Below are positions 19,316 through 33,602 of a stretch of 35,895 nt of DNA, in pieces. The first letter of the stretch is position 1. Each line of letters begins with the position of its first letter. The translations under genes were made by a program, and so were the position numbers. The stretch comes from Thiomonas sp. (GTDB lineage: Bacteria > Pseudomonadota > Gammaproteobacteria > Burkholderiales > Burkholderiaceae_C), in contig JBAUTC010000223.1 in NCBI GenBank assembly GCA_049582025.1, positions 1 to 35,895 on the forward strand, in the 5' to 3' direction. The notes beneath the pieces were generated by a model that had not been told where the DNA came from, did not search any database, and saw only the letters and a list, made by a program, of their open reading frames with translations.

Positions 19316-21232
19316 CTAGCGTCGGATGAATTGGTCGTGCAGGAGCAAGGTGGAGAGAATGCCGACAAACGCCATATTGTCGCCAAACCCGATGACCTTC
19401 CCGGCCCGCGCCTTGTCGAACAGCCGGATCGCGGCTTGCGGATCAAAGTAGCCGGCCTCCGCCAGTCTGGATGCACTGAACAGATCGGCCACGTAATCGA
19501 CTGGCTTCCCGTTGTGGAAAAAGCTCTGGCTGTCCGGTGCGCGGTAGGGCTGCTTGGTGCGATGGCGCAGCGCATCGGGCAGCAGACCATCCATGCTGCG
19601 TTTGAGCAGGTATTTTTCCACCAGGCCCATGAGTTTGTAGCGCGGCGGCAGTCGACTGGCGAAGGCGATCAGCCGGTGGTCGAGAAACGGGAACCGGGTT
19701 TCGATGGATTGCGCCATGGCCATGCGGTCGCCCTGTGAGCACAGCAGGTAGCCCGACATGAGGGTGTGCGCTTCGATGTATTGGTCCTGGCAGAGCGGTT
19801 CCCAGCGGGAGATGTCTGCCGGGAGCAGGGCGGCAATGGCCTCGGCGGGGTCGAAAGCGGTGGCCGCCGCGCGGAAGTCCGCCGACAGAAAACCGGTGAT
19901 GCGCCGCGTGGTGTTCCAGCGCGGCAGGTGGGCAAACCAGGGTTCGCGGAATTGCGCCTCACCCTCGCGAAAAAACCGTTCGGTCATTGCCCGGCCCGCC
20001 GCTGGGGAATGCTTGAGGTAGGGGTAGAGCCGTTCCAGAAGCCGTGGCCGCCAGCGCGAGTCGGGTTGCCGTGCCATGAACCGGCGCACTCTGGCTTCCT
20101 TGAACAGGTCGTAGCCGCCGAACACCTCATCTGCGCCTTCCCCGGTGAGCGCCACCTTGTAACCCGCGGCGCGCACGCCGGCGGCGAGCAGCATCATGGG
20201 GGCTGGCGCGGTGCGGACGATGGGGGTTTCGGTGTGGGCAATGGCGCGCGGGAACGCGGCGGCGATGTCGGACCGGGTGCAGTGCACCGTGGTGTGGTCG
20301 GTGCCCAGATATCGGACCAACTGCTGCTGCCACGCACTTTCGTCGAACTCGGCGTCATCGAAAGTGAGGGAAAAGGTGCGCAGCGGTGTGTCCGTGAAGT
20401 GCCGGATCAGCGTGGTGACGATCGACGAGTCGAGTCCGCCGCTGAGATAAGCGGCCACGGGCACGTCCGCCCGCAGTTGCAGCCGTACGGCATCGATCAG
20501 GAGGTCGCGCAGTTCCTCGGCATAGGCATCGGCGCAGCGGTCCGCCTTGATCGGGGCGGGGGGGAATGTCCAATCCCAGTAGCGGCGCAGGCGCGCTCCT
20601 TGCGCGTCGACAGTCATCACATGGCCGGGCGGCAGCGACTCGACGCCCTCGAACACCGCATGCGGTGGCAGCGGCGCCCAGTAGGTGAATACCTCGCCCA
20701 AGGCCCGTGCGTCGAGGCGGCGCGGCACCTCCGGCAAAGCGAATAGCGCCTTGATTTCGGAAGCGAAGGCAAGGCCGCCGGGCACCCGGGTGTGGAACAG
20801 CGGGCGGATGCCAGTGCGGTCGCGCGCGAGCAGCAGGCGCTGGCGTGGCGCATCCCACAGGGCAAAGGCAAACTGGCCGTTGAGATGGTCGACCAGCGCA
20901 TCGCCATAATCTTCGTACAGATGCACCAGCACCTCGGTGTCCGATTGGGTGGCAAGGCGGTGGCCGCGTCGCAGCAGATCGGCGCGCAGCTCGATGTAGT
21001 TGAAGATCTCGCCGTTGAACACGACCCAGACCGTGCTGTCTTCGTTGCACATTGGCTGGTCGCCGCTGGAGAGATCGATGATGCTCAGTCGGGCGTGCGC
21101 CAGACCGATCGGCCCTTTGGTGTAAACGCCCTGGCTGTCCGGTCCGCGGTGATGCAGGCGGCCGATCATCTCGCCGAGCTGCAGCGGGTCGATCGGTGCG
21201 TTCCAGTTCAGTCGACCCGCGATGCCGCACAT
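19316..21232 (-). CDS. asnB: Asparagine synthase (glutamine-hydrolysing) family amidotransferase
   Basis: N-terminal MCGIAG (Ntn Cys), HRGPD, HARLSIID, NGEIFN, LSGGLDSS, GEGADE, RFPFLD. Confidence 0.93.
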   Translation of the reverse strand: MCGIAGRLNWNAPIDPLQLGEMIGRLHHRGPDSQGVYTKGPIGLAHARLSIIDLSSGDQPMCNEDSTVWVVFNGEIFNYIELRADLLRRGHRLATQSDTEVLVHLYEDYGDALVDHLNGQFAFALWDAPRQRLLLARDRTGIRPLFHTRVPGGLAFASEIKALFALPEVPRRLDARALGEVFTYWAPLPPHAVFEGVESLPPGHVMTVDAQGARLRRYWDWTFPPAPIKADRCADAYAEELRDLLIDAVRLQLRADVPVAAYLSGGLDSSIVTTLIRHFTDTPLRTFSLTFDDAEFDESAWQQQLVRYLGTDHTTVHCTRSDIAAAFPRAIAHTETPIVRTAPAPMMLLAAGVRAAGYKVALTGEGADEVFGGYDLFKEARVRRFMARQPDSRWRPRLLERLYPYLKHSPAAGRAMTERFFREGEAQFREPWFAHLPRWNTTRRITGFLSADFRAAATAFDPAEAIAALLPADISRWEPLCQDQYIEAHTLMSGYLLCSQGDRMAMAQSIETRFPFLDHRLIAFASRLPPRYKLMGLVEKYLLKRSMDGLLPDALRHRTKQPYRAPDSQSFFHNGKPVDYVADLFSASRLAEAGYFDPQAAIRLFDKARAGKVIGFGDNMAFVGILSTLLLHDQFIRR

Positions 21233-21237
21233 CGCGT

Positions 21238-22374
<1,137 letters not shown>

Positions 22375-22431
22375 ATCGCCATTATCTGCAAAGCCGCGTG
22401 ATGCAGTGTGCAATGGCTTTTGGAAAGACGT

Positions 22432-22980
22432 TCACGTCATGGCGATTTGCAATGCAAGCGCGAAGCTGGACAGCAGCATGCCGAGCAAGGCGCCGACGAC
22501 TACATCCGAGAGGAAGTGCAGGCCCAGGATCAGCCGGGATGCCGCGATGAGCACGGCAAACGCTATTGCAATCCACCCCAGACCGGGCGCGAAAAACAGG
22601 ATTTGCACGGTGAGATTCACCGCATGCAGGGTGTGGCCGGAAGGAAAGCTGAACTGATCGAGCGGTGGCTCGCTCAGCACGATGCGGTGGCAGTGTTCCC
22701 TGGGCCGCGCACGCGCGGCCAGACGCTTGATCGACCAATACAAGCCGATTCCGATGAACGCCGTGACGATCATCCAGGCGATGGGCATGACGGCTGTGCG
22801 GCCATCGCGCAGCAGCATGAGGAACAGAATGAACGTCCAGCCCCAGCCGTTTCCCAGGCGGCTGACCAAGGTGAAAAACCTGCGGACCCAGAGGTGTCTG
22901 CTCAGCCGGTTCGCTGCGACAGTCAAACCCAGTTCCCAATGCAGATAGCGGTGAAGCAGGCGGGTCTGTCGCTCTTGCAT
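22432..22980 (-). CDS. PAP2-family membrane phosphatase (start may extend to 23070)
   Basis: KRLAARARP, SFPSGH and SRLILGLHFLSDV catalytic motifs; several TM helices. Confidence 0.88.
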   Translation of the reverse strand: MQERQTRLLHRYLHWELGLTVAANRLSRHLWVRRFFTLVSRLGNGWGWTFILFLMLLRDGRTAVMPIAWMIVTAFIGIGLYWSIKRLAARARPREHCHRIVLSEPPLDQFSFPSGHTLHAVNLTVQILFFAPGLGWIAIAFAVLIAASRLILGLHFLSDVVVGALLGMLLSSFALALQIAMT

Positions 22981-23136
22981 GGGGAGCGCCTTTTCGGGCT
23001 TACGAGGTGGAGCAGTGATGGCTTGTTTTACCTCAAACTTAGGATCCGGGATATGACGTGGCCCTACCATTGTGTGATTCGCGCATGACGGGTGACGATC
23101 ATTTCAGGTCATGCGCTTCATCCTTAAGGACACTTC

Positions 23137-23919
23137 ATGGCATACACGATTGAACTCTCGGGGCGCGTTGCTCTGGTGACGGGCGCATCCAGCGGACTGG
23201 GCTGGCGCTTTGCCGAAGTGCTGGCACAGGCCGGTGCGGCAGTGGTGCTGAGCGGACGGCGTTTGGAGCGGCTCAAGGAACTGCGCGCCCGGATCGAAGG
23301 GCAGGGGGGCGATGCGCACGTCGTGGAACTCGATGTCACCGATCCGGCCAGCATCAAGGCAGCCGTTGCGCATGCGGAAACCGAGATGGGGCCGATCGAC
23401 ATCCTGGTGAACAACGCCGGAGTGTCGTCGCAGCAAAAGTTGCTGGACGCCACACCGGAAGACTTCGACGACGTGTTCAACACCAATGTGCGCGGCGCGT
23501 TTTTCGTGGCGCAGGAAGTGGCGCGACGCATGGTTGCGCGGTCGCTCGGCGTAACCCCAGGCACCTGGGCGGGGGGGCGGATCATCAACATCGCTTCCGT
23601 GGCGGGGCTGCGCGTCATGCCCAAGCTTGGGGTATATGCCATGAGCAAAGCTTCAGCCATCCACATGACGCGGGCCATGGCGCTGGAGTGGGGAAAGTAC
23701 GGCATCAATGTCAATGCCATCTGTCCCGGCTATATCGATACCGAAATGAATCATCATCACTGGCAGACCGAATCGGGGCAGCGCCTGATGCAGATGTTGC
23801 CGCGCAAGCGCCTGGGCAAGCCGGAAGATCTCGATGCGCTGCTCATCCTGCTTGCCAGCGGGCAGAGCGGGTTGATCAACGGCGCCATCATGACAGCGGA
23901 CGACGGATTCGGTATTTGA
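23137..23919 (+). CDS. Classical SDR oxidoreductase
   Basis: AAGGA SD; TGASSGLG, NNAG, YAMSK, ICPGYIDT. Confidence 0.9.
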   Translation: MAYTIELSGRVALVTGASSGLGWRFAEVLAQAGAAVVLSGRRLERLKELRARIEGQGGDAHVVELDVTDPASIKAAVAHAETEMGPIDILVNNAGVSSQQKLLDATPEDFDDVFNTNVRGAFFVAQEVARRMVARSLGVTPGTWAGGRIINIASVAGLRVMPKLGVYAMSKASAIHMTRAMALEWGKYGINVNAICPGYIDTEMNHHHWQTESGQRLMQMLPRKRLGKPEDLDALLILLASGQSGLINGAIMTADDGFGI

Positions 23920-23931
23920 GGCATCTTTACT

Positions 23932-24375
23932 ATGCGATTTGAGATTCCCGAACAGAAAAATCTGGTCTACACCATGACCATGCCCATCCGTTGGGGCGAT
24001 ATGGACGTGATGGGCCATGTGAACAACACCATCTATTTCCGGTATATGGAAATCATCCGTCTGGAATGGATGCTCGCCGCCGGGGTGCCGGCCAACCCGA
24101 AGGGGCTGGGGCCGGTGATTGTGAACGCTTTTTGCAACTTCCAGGCCGAGCTGAAGTTCCCTGGCGAGGTGCTTGCAAGGCTCTACACCACCCATATCGG
24201 CCGTACCAGTTTTGACACCTACACCCTGCTTAGCCGGACCGATGACCCGGACACCATTTACGCCAGCGGCGGCTCGCGCGTGGTCTGGGTGGATTTCCCG
24301 CAAGGCAAGAGCGCGCCCGTGCCCGACATGCTGCGGGCGCTGCTGACAAAGAAATCTTCCCCGACAATTACCTGA
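23932..24375 (+). CDS. Acyl-CoA thioesterase (4HBT/YbgC-like)
   Basis: IRWGDMDVMGHVNNTIYFRYME. Confidence 0.9.
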   Translation: MRFEIPEQKNLVYTMTMPIRWGDMDVMGHVNNTIYFRYMEIIRLEWMLAAGVPANPKGLGPVIVNAFCNFQAELKFPGEVLARLYTTHIGRTSFDTYTLLSRTDDPDTIYASGGSRVVWVDFPQGKSAPVPDMLRALLTKKSSPTIT

Positions 24376-24394
24376 AAATTCCTGAGAGAACGTC

Positions 24395-26407
<2,013 letters not shown>

Positions 26408-26410
26408 AGG

Positions 26411-27250
26411 TCAGCCGCGCCGCCGGGTGCAGGTGCGGCTGATCCAGAGTTTGCGCAGCGGCGTCAGGCTGATGCGCTGGTGCAGCACGGCGTAATCGGA
26501 TTGTTCGATTTCACGCAGCAAGGCCAGGGACATGGTGCCGAGGGCAAGCATTGGCGCCGTTTGCACTGCGGGATGGGGAGCAAGCCCTGCCAGGGCCGAT
26601 TCCAGGGTCTGGCGTGTCAATGCGGTTTGCTCCTGCAAAAGCGCGAGAACCCGGGCATCCATGTTGCGTTGTTGCAGCTGCGCGGCGGTCACGCCGTGAC
26701 GCTGCAAGGCGTCCAGAGGCAGATAGATCCGGCCCTGCGCAGCATCTCGCCCCAGGTTCCGAATGCTGCCGGTCAGCCGCAAGCCGACGCCAAGCGTTTC
26801 CGCCGCCGAGAGGGCCTCGGGCGAGTTGAGGCCGAGAATGACGGCGCTATTGCGCAGGCTTTGCCCGTTGCCCCGTGCGCAGTAATGCAGCAGCGCAGCG
26901 CGATCCATCCAGCGATTCTGTTGCAGATCGATCTGCACGCTGTCGATCACACCGCGCAGTGCGTTCGGGGGAAGACCGTGGGTCTGCAGAAACGGCCCGA
27001 GCGCCCGCAGGGTCGGATGCTCCGCCGCGTGATTCGCGAGCGCGTCGATCTGCCCATTCCACCAGGCCAGCTTGGCCTGCGCCACGGCCGGATCGCTGAC
27101 CGTGTCGATGATTTTCCGTACCTGTACGTGAAAGCTGAGCAGCAACGTCAGCGCCGCACGGTGCCGTGGCGCGCAACGCCGCAAGGCGTAGTAGGCGGAA
27201 GATCCCGGCGGCGGGTCGAGTCGGGAATCCGGGGAGTCTATGGAGGGCAT
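26411..27250 (-). CDS. Squalene/phytoene synthase (HpnD-like) family protein with degenerate Asp-rich motifs
   Basis: PGSSAYYA, DPAVAQAKLAWW, GRIYLP, VLHQRISLTPLRKLW; DDxxD replaced by RKIID. Confidence 0.8.
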   Translation of the reverse strand: MPSIDSPDSRLDPPPGSSAYYALRRCAPRHRAALTLLLSFHVQVRKIIDTVSDPAVAQAKLAWWNGQIDALANHAAEHPTLRALGPFLQTHGLPPNALRGVIDSVQIDLQQNRWMDRAALLHYCARGNGQSLRNSAVILGLNSPEALSAAETLGVGLRLTGSIRNLGRDAAQGRIYLPLDALQRHGVTAAQLQQRNMDARVLALLQEQTALTRQTLESALAGLAPHPAVQTAPMLALGTMSLALLREIEQSDYAVLHQRISLTPLRKLWISRTCTRRRG

Positions 27251-27374
27251 GGCAGCAGCGGCATTCAATGCGTTGGCGCAGCAGGCTAGAATACCCGATT
27301 GCCCAAAATTCAACGCCGCAGTACAGGCCGGTTTCACGCCGCGCGGCAGGTGGTTTTAGGCGACAGATCACCCT

Positions 27375-27461
27375 GCGAGGGTGGCGAAATTGGTAGACGC
27401 ACCAGGTTTAGGTCCTGACGCCTTCACCGGCGTGGGGGTTCGAGTCCCCCCCCTCGCACCA
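27375..27461 (+). tRNA. tRNA-Leu (TAG)
   Basis: GCGAGGG/CCCTCGC acceptor stem, GGCGAAATTGGTAGACGC D-arm, anticodon loop TTTAGGT, long variable arm, GTTCGAGTC, CCA. Confidence 0.96.
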
Positions 27462-27519
27462 CCCGACAAGCGAAGAGCTTGGCGGGATTGATCCCTTTCA
27501 TTGAACACTGGACTTTCCC

Positions 27520-28854
27520 ATGACTGTCGAAACCCTGGACAAACTGCAGCGCCGCGTAACCGTGACGGTTCCCAAGGCCTCTGTGCAAACCGAAATCAAC
27601 TCCCGCTTGAAGAACCTGAGCCGCACCCTGCGTCTGCCCGGGTTCCGTCCGGGCAAGGTGCCCATGTCCATGGTGACGCAGCGGTATTCGCCGTCTGTGG
27701 AAATGGAAGTGTTGCAGGATAAGATCGGCAACGCGTTTTACGAACTTGCCACTGGCGCTCGTCTGCGTGTGGCCGGCATGCCCCAATTCACCCCCAAGAC
27801 GGAAGGTGTCGAGGCCGATGTCATGGCGTTCGATGCCACGTTCGAGGTCTATCCTGACGTGCAGATCCCCGATCTGTCTTCGCAGAGCATCGAGCGTGTG
27901 AACGCGGCGGTGGACGATGCCGCGATCGACAAGACCGTCGACGTGCTGCGCAAGCAGCGCACGGAGTTTGTTGCCCGCGGTGAGGCTTCAGCCAACGGGC
28001 AGACGTCCGAAGGCCTGGAAGTGCAGGACGGCGACCGCGTCACGGTCGATTTCGAAGGCCGCATCGACGGCACGGCATTCGAGGGCGGCAAGGCCGAGGG
28101 TTTCAGCTTTGTTCAGGGCGAAGGCCGGATGCTGCCCGAGTTCGAGGCCGCCACCAAGGGCTTGCAGGCAGGACAGAGCAAGATCTTCGAACTGCATTTC
28201 CCCGAGGACTATCAGGGTCGCGCCGTGGCGGGCAAGACCGCCCAGTTCACCCTGAAGGTCACCAAGGTGGAATGGCCGCTACTGCCGGTTGTCGACGCCG
28301 AGTTTGCCAAGGCGCTTGGCGTGGCCGACGGCGATGTGCAGCGTCTTCGCGACGACATTCGGAACAATCTGCAGCGCGAAATCAAATCGCGTCTGACGCA
28401 GCGCAACAAATTGGCCGTGATGGACGTGCTGCAAAAGGCGGTGCCGATCGACCTGCCCAGCGCCCTGGTGCAAAATGAAATCGACGAACTTATGGCAAGC
28501 GCCCGCCAGGATCTGGCCGAGCGTGGCATGAAAGATGCCGACAAGGCGCCTCTGCCGCCGGAGCTGTTCAAAGAGCAGGCCGAACGCCGCGTGCGACTGG
28601 GCCTGATCGTTTCCGAGTTGGTCAAACAGCACGAATTGCAACCCAAGCCGGAGCAGCTGCGGAGTTATGTGGAAGAACTGGCCGCCAGCTACGAGCAGCC
28701 GGATGAACTGATCCGCTGGTATTACGCCGATCAGGCGCGTATGGCGCAGGCCGAGGCGATCGTGATGGAGAACAACGTGACCGATTTCGTGTTCGCGCAA
28801 GCGCAAACCACGGACAACACGTTGAGTTTCGACGAGTTGATGGGCCAGAACTGA
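27520..28854 (+). CDS. tig: Trigger factor
   Basis: PGFRPGKVP signature; FKBP domain VTVDFEG...MLPEFE...FPEDY; AERRVRLGL. Confidence 0.97.
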   Translation: MTVETLDKLQRRVTVTVPKASVQTEINSRLKNLSRTLRLPGFRPGKVPMSMVTQRYSPSVEMEVLQDKIGNAFYELATGARLRVAGMPQFTPKTEGVEADVMAFDATFEVYPDVQIPDLSSQSIERVNAAVDDAAIDKTVDVLRKQRTEFVARGEASANGQTSEGLEVQDGDRVTVDFEGRIDGTAFEGGKAEGFSFVQGEGRMLPEFEAATKGLQAGQSKIFELHFPEDYQGRAVAGKTAQFTLKVTKVEWPLLPVVDAEFAKALGVADGDVQRLRDDIRNNLQREIKSRLTQRNKLAVMDVLQKAVPIDLPSALVQNEIDELMASARQDLAERGMKDADKAPLPPELFKEQAERRVRLGLIVSELVKQHELQPKPEQLRSYVEELAASYEQPDELIRWYYADQARMAQAEAIVMENNVTDFVFAQAQTTDNTLSFDELMGQN

Positions 28855-28870
28855 TCCCCGCCTTGTGCGC

Positions 28871-28912
28871 AAAGGGCCGCTGCGTGCTTAGGCGCGTAGC
28901 GGCTTTTGTTTT
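28871..28912 (+). terminator. Intrinsic terminator after tig
   Basis: 12-bp stem GCCGCTGCGTGC-ttag-GCGCGTAGCGGC (two G-U pairs) followed by TTTTGTTTT. Confidence 0.75.
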
Positions 28913-29019
28913 GTGGTTCGTGTATTCCTCCCGCAAATTACTTGCGGAAATCCCGCTCTCCTGCTTCGTCCCGACAAGCTGCGTGCTAATCTGTATCCAC
29001 CTTCACGTTTGATCCTTCC

Positions 29020-29628
29020 ATGAGCGCAACTGACATTCAAAACCTGGGCTTGGTGCCCATGGTCATCGAGCAAAGCGGCCGCGGCGAGCGCGCCTATGAC
29101 ATCTATTCGCGCCTGCTGCGTGAGCGGGTGATTTTTCTTGTCGGGCCGATCAACGACCAGATGGCCAATCTGGTGGTGGCGCAGCTCCTGTTCCTCGAGT
29201 CCGAGAATCCGGACAAGGACATCTCGCTTTACATCAATTCTCCAGGCGGATCGGTGTCGGCCGGCATGGCCATCTACGACACCATGCAATTCGTCAAGCC
29301 GGATGTCTCCACGCTATGCACCGGCATTGCCGCCAGCATGGGGGCGTTTTTGATGGCGGCAGGAGCCCAGGGCAAGCGCTATTCGCTGCCCAATTCCCGC
29401 ATCATGATTCACCAACCTTTGGGCGGAGCCCAAGGGCAGGCCTCTGACATCGAAATTCAGGCGCGCGAGATTCTTTACCTGCGCGAGCGGCTCAACGGCA
29501 TCCTGGCCGAGCGCACTGGTCAGTCACTGGAAAAAATTGCTGCGGACACGGACCGCGACTTTTTCATGTCGGCCGATCAAGCCAAAGAGTATGGTTTGAT
29601 CGACGAAGTCATCGCCAAACGCTCTTGA
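29020..29628 (+). CDS. clpP: ATP-dependent Clp protease proteolytic subunit
   Basis: [41 protein letters not shown]. Confidence 0.98.
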   Translation: MSATDIQNLGLVPMVIEQSGRGERAYDIYSRLLRERVIFLVGPINDQMANLVVAQLLFLESENPDKDISLYINSPGGSVSAGMAIYDTMQFVKPDVSTLCTGIAASMGAFLMAAGAQGKRYSLPNSRIMIHQPLGGAQGQASDIEIQAREILYLRERLNGILAERTGQSLEKIAADTDRDFFMSADQAKEYGLIDEVIAKRS

Positions 29629-29652
29629 ACCAGACTTTGAATCCACACGCTC

Positions 29653-30921
29653 ATGGCTGAGAAAAAATCTTCTTCTGGCGAAAAAACCCTCTACTGCTCG
29701 TTCTGCGGCAAGAGCCAGCACGAGGTCAAAAAGCTGATTGCAGGGCCGTCGGTCTTCATCTGCGACGAATGCATCGACCTGTGCAACGAGATCATCCGCG
29801 ATGAGGTCGCCACCACGGATGCCAATGGCAAGGTGGTGAACTCTGATCTGCCTACGCCTTCGGAAATCAAGACCATCCTCGATCAGTATGTCATCGGCCA
29901 ACAGGCGGCCAAGCGGATTCTGGCAGTGGCGGTTTACAACCACTACAAGCGCCTCAAGCACGTTGACCAGACCAGCGATGTGGAACTGGCCAAGAGCAAT
30001 ATTCTTTTGGTGGGTCCGACGGGATCAGGAAAGACCCTGCTGGCGCAAACGCTGGCGCGGCTGCTCAACGTGCCCTTTGTGATTGCCGATGCCACCACGC
30101 TGACCGAGGCAGGTTATGTGGGCGAAGACGTCGAAAACATCATCCAGAAGTTGCTGCAGAACTGCAATTACGAAATCGAGCGGGCGCAGCGCGGCATTGT
30201 GTATATCGACGAAATCGACAAAATTTCTCGCAAATCCGACAACCCCAGCATCACGCGGGACGTGTCGGGCGAGGGCGTGCAGCAAGCGCTGCTCAAGCTG
30301 ATCGAAGGAACTATGGCGTCGGTGCCACCGCAGGGCGGGCGCAAGCATCCGAATCAAGATTTCATTCAGGTCGACACGACCAACATCCTGTTCATCTGCG
30401 GCGGTGCATTCGACGGTCTGGAAAAGGTGATCCGCAATCGCTCCGAAAAATCCGGAATCGGATTCTCGGCTACGGTCAAGACGCAGTCGCAGCGCAGCGT
30501 TTCCGAAACATTCCTTCAGGCGCAGCCCGAAGACCTCATCAAATTCGGCTTGATTCCCGAATTGGTCGGTCGCCTGCCTGTGGTTGCGGCGCTGGAAGAA
30601 CTCGATGAAGCTGCGCTGATCGAAATTCTTACAGCTCCCAAGAATTCGCTGGTCAAGCAATACCAGAAGCTGTTCGACATGGATGGCATCAAGCTGGAAT
30701 TCCGTCCTGCGGCGCTGGATGCGATTGCGCACAAGGCCCTGGAACGCAAGACGGGCGCGCGCGGATTGCGCTCGATCGTCGAACAGGCTCTGCTCGACCT
30801 GATGTTTGATCTCCCCAATGCCCAAGGCGTGACGAGTGTGGTGGTCGATGAGAACGTGATTTCGGCTGGTGCCAAACCTCTGCTCATTTATCAGGATGCC
30901 GCGAAGGCCTCGGGGACGTGA
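29653..30921 (+). CDS. clpX: ATP-dependent Clp protease ATP-binding subunit
   Basis: CSFC...CDEC zinc domain, [21 protein letters not shown] loop, IGF loop. Confidence 0.98.
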   Translation: MAEKKSSSGEKTLYCSFCGKSQHEVKKLIAGPSVFICDECIDLCNEIIRDEVATTDANGKVVNSDLPTPSEIKTILDQYVIGQQAAKRILAVAVYNHYKRLKHVDQTSDVELAKSNILLVGPTGSGKTLLAQTLARLLNVPFVIADATTLTEAGYVGEDVENIIQKLLQNCNYEIERAQRGIVYIDEIDKISRKSDNPSITRDVSGEGVQQALLKLIEGTMASVPPQGGRKHPNQDFIQVDTTNILFICGGAFDGLEKVIRNRSEKSGIGFSATVKTQSQRSVSETFLQAQPEDLIKFGLIPELVGRLPVVAALEELDEAALIEILTAPKNSLVKQYQKLFDMDGIKLEFRPAALDAIAHKALERKTGARGLRSIVEQALLDLMFDLPNAQGVTSVVVDENVISAGAKPLLIYQDAAKASGT

Positions 30922-30951
30922 GGGCGACGGGCGCATCGCTAGGCCCGGCTG

Positions 30952-30979
30952 CTTGCAAAATCAATCCATGTCCCCATTT
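30952..30979 (+). promoter_or_regulatory. Sigma32 (RpoH) promoter for lon
   Basis: CTTGCA-N14-CCCCATTT, ~30 nt upstream of the lon start; lon is a canonical RpoH target. Confidence 0.7.
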
Positions 30980-31008
30980 GCAGACCAACTTCTTTTCGGG
31001 TGACCTTC

Positions 31009-33429
31009 ATGTCCGATACCCCTGAACAAAACACCGACCTCACCGCATTGCCATTGTTGCCTCTGCGCGATGTGGTTGTTTTTCCCCACATGGTGATTCC
31101 CTTGTTTGTTGGTCGACCCAAGTCGATCAAGGCGCTGGAGTCTGCCATGGAAAGCGGCAAGCAGATCATGCTGGTCGCCCAGAAAACCGCTGCCAAGGAC
31201 GAGCCCAAACCGGACGATCTGTTTGAAGTCGGTTGCCTGTCGAGCATTCTGCAAATGCTCAAGCTGCCCGATGGCACGGTCAAAGTGCTGGTCGAGGGCG
31301 CGCAGCGCGCCAATGCCTTGAACATCCGCGACAACGGCGAATTCTTCGCCTGCGAAGCCGTGCCTATCGAGTCCAGCTCGGAATCCACTGCCGAGTCCGA
31401 GGCCATGCGCCGCGCGGTCGTGGCGCAGTTCGACCAATACGTCAAGCTGAACAAGAAAATCCCGCCCGAAATTCTCACCTCCATTTCCGGGATCGATGAT
31501 CCCGGTCGCTTGGCAGACACCATCGCCGCGCACCTGCCGCTCAAGCTTGAGCAGAAGCAGTCCGTGCTGGATCTGCACGATGTGCACGCCCGTCTGGAAA
31601 ACCTGCTCGAACAACTCGAGCGCGAAGTTGGCATCCTGCAGGTTGAAAAGCGCATCCGCGGTCGTGTGCGCCGCCAGATGGAAAAGAGCCAGCGTGAGTA
31701 CTACCTGAACGAACAGGTCAAGGCCATCCAGAAGGAACTGGGCGAGGGCGAAGACGGCGCGGATATCGAAGAGATCGAGAAAAAGATCAAAGCGGCCCGC
31801 ATGCCCAAAGACGCCAAGAAGAAGGCCGAGGGCGAGCTCAAAAAGCTCAAGCTCATGTCGCCCATGTCGGCCGAGGCCACAGTCGTGCGCAATTACCTCG
31901 ACGTGCTGGTCAGCCTGCCGTGGGCTAAAAGGAGCAAGGTGCGTCACGACCTGGCCTTCGCGGAGGAAGTGCTGGAAGAAGATCACTACGGGCTGGATAA
32001 GGTCAAGGAGCGCATCCTTGAATACCTCGCGGTTCAACAGCGCGTGGAAAAGGTCAAGGCGCCGATTCTTTGCCTCGTCGGCCCACCGGGCGTGGGCAAG
32101 ACCTCGCTCGGACAGTCGATTGCGCGTGCGACCGGACGTAAGTTCGTGCGCATGGCTCTGGGAGGCGTGCGCGACGAAGCCGAGATTCGAGGTCATCGCC
32201 GCACGTACATCGGCGCCATGCCTGGAAAAATTCTCCAGAGCTTGAACAAGGTCGCCGTGCGCAACCCCCTGTTCCTGCTCGACGAAGTCGACAAACTTGG
32301 CATGGATTTCCGCGGTGATCCGTCTTCGGCATTGTTGGAAGTGCTCGATCCTGAGCAGAACCACACATTCAGCGACCATTACGTCGAGGTCGATTTCGAT
32401 TTGTCAGACGTGATGTTCGTCGCGACATCGAATTCGCTCAATATTCCGCCTGCGCTGCTCGACCGGATGGAGGTCATCCGTCTTGCCGGCTATACAGAAG
32501 ACGAAAAGGTGAATATCGCCCAGCGTTATCTCGTACCCAAGCAGATGAAGAACAACGGGGTGAGAGAGGACGAACTCAATGTCACCGAAAGTGCGATACG
32601 TGGCTTGATCCGCTACTACACGCGTGAAGCCGGGGTGCGTTCGCTGGAGCGTGAGATTTCCCGTATCTGCCGAAAGGCCGTGAAGGGCCGTTTGCTGAAG
32701 ACCTATATCGATCAGGTTGTCGTCACCGAAGACAATCTTGATGATTTTCTGGGTGTGCGGCGCTTCAACTTCGGCATGGCTGAAAAGCAGAACCAAGTCG
32801 GACAAGTGGTCGGCCTGGCGTGGACCGAAGTTGGCGGTGATCTGCTGACCATCGAGGCGACCGCCATGCCGGGCAAAGGTGCGATTTTGCGCACCGGCTC
32901 GCTGGGTGACGTGATGAAGGAATCTGTCGAAGCTGCACGCACGGTGGTGCGTGTTCGCTCACGGCGGCTTGGGATCAAGGACGAATTGTTCGAAAAGCGC
33001 GATCTGCACATTCACGTGCCGGAAGGGGCGACACCCAAGGACGGACCGAGCGCGGGCATTGCCATGACAACTGCCATCGTTTCTGCCATGACCGGCATTC
33101 CCGTCAAGGCAGAGGTGGCCATGACCGGCGAAATTACCCTGCGTGGGGAAGTGCTTGGCATCGGTGGGCTGAAGGAAAAGTTGCTCGCTGCCTTGCGCGG
33201 CGGTATCAAGACCGTGCTGATTCCGGAAGAGAACGTCAAGGATCTGCAGGAAATGCCGGAGAACGTCAAAACCAGCCTCACGATCATTCCGGTGAAATGG
33301 ATTGATCAGGTTCTGGACCTGGCGCTTGAACGCGTGCCTGTCGCCCTTGAAGACGAGACTCCTGCCAAGGTGGAAGAAGTGGCAGTAGCTCCCACAGACG
33401 CCCAAACTCCAGAAAACACTCGGCACTGA
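31009..33429 (+). CDS. lon: Lon protease
   Basis: [43 protein letters not shown]. Confidence 0.98.
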   Translation: MSDTPEQNTDLTALPLLPLRDVVVFPHMVIPLFVGRPKSIKALESAMESGKQIMLVAQKTAAKDEPKPDDLFEVGCLSSILQMLKLPDGTVKVLVEGAQRANALNIRDNGEFFACEAVPIESSSESTAESEAMRRAVVAQFDQYVKLNKKIPPEILTSISGIDDPGRLADTIAAHLPLKLEQKQSVLDLHDVHARLENLLEQLEREVGILQVEKRIRGRVRRQMEKSQREYYLNEQVKAIQKELGEGEDGADIEEIEKKIKAARMPKDAKKKAEGELKKLKLMSPMSAEATVVRNYLDVLVSLPWAKRSKVRHDLAFAEEVLEEDHYGLDKVKERILEYLAVQQRVEKVKAPILCLVGPPGVGKTSLGQSIARATGRKFVRMALGGVRDEAEIRGHRRTYIGAMPGKILQSLNKVAVRNPLFLLDEVDKLGMDFRGDPSSALLEVLDPEQNHTFSDHYVEVDFDLSDVMFVATSNSLNIPPALLDRMEVIRLAGYTEDEKVNIAQRYLVPKQMKNNGVREDELNVTESAIRGLIRYYTREAGVRSLEREISRICRKAVKGRLLKTYIDQVVVTEDNLDDFLGVRRFNFGMAEKQNQVGQVVGLAWTEVGGDLLTIEATAMPGKGAILRTGSLGDVMKESVEAARTVVRVRSRRLGIKDELFEKRDLHIHVPEGATPKDGPSAGIAMTTAIVSAMTGIPVKAEVAMTGEITLRGEVLGIGGLKEKLLAALRGGIKTVLIPEENVKDLQEMPENVKTSLTIIPVKWIDQVLDLALERVPVALEDETPAKVEEVAVAPTDAQTPENTRH

Positions 33430-33461
33430 CCCCACGTTTTCTAACCGAGGCAAAAAAGGAG

Positions 33462-33491
33462 TTGCTTGGGATAGAAAAAACGGTATAGAAT
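33462..33491 (+). promoter_or_regulatory. Sigma70 promoter of the tRNA operon
   Basis: TTGCTT-N18-TAGAAT with an upstream A-tract, 14 nt before tRNA-Ala. Confidence 0.6.
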
Positions 33492-33505
33492 GCTGGTTTG
33501 CTTTC

Positions 33506-33581
<76 letters not shown>

Positions 33582-33602
33582 AGCAACAAAATCGAAGGTT
33601 TA

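Noticed and set aside
18000..21232. Lasso peptide or other RiPP cluster (AsnB-like cyclase plus small peptide)
   Set aside because: AsnB retains the full Ntn glutaminase domain with Cys; no B1/B2 peptidase or RRE; the peptide is a TM helix with no lasso leader/core pattern
27400..27420. C-A mismatch at the top of the anticodon stem in tRNA-Leu (also in tRNA-Glu)
   Set aside because: A tolerated 27-43 mismatch; the rest of each cloverleaf is intact, so not pseudogenes
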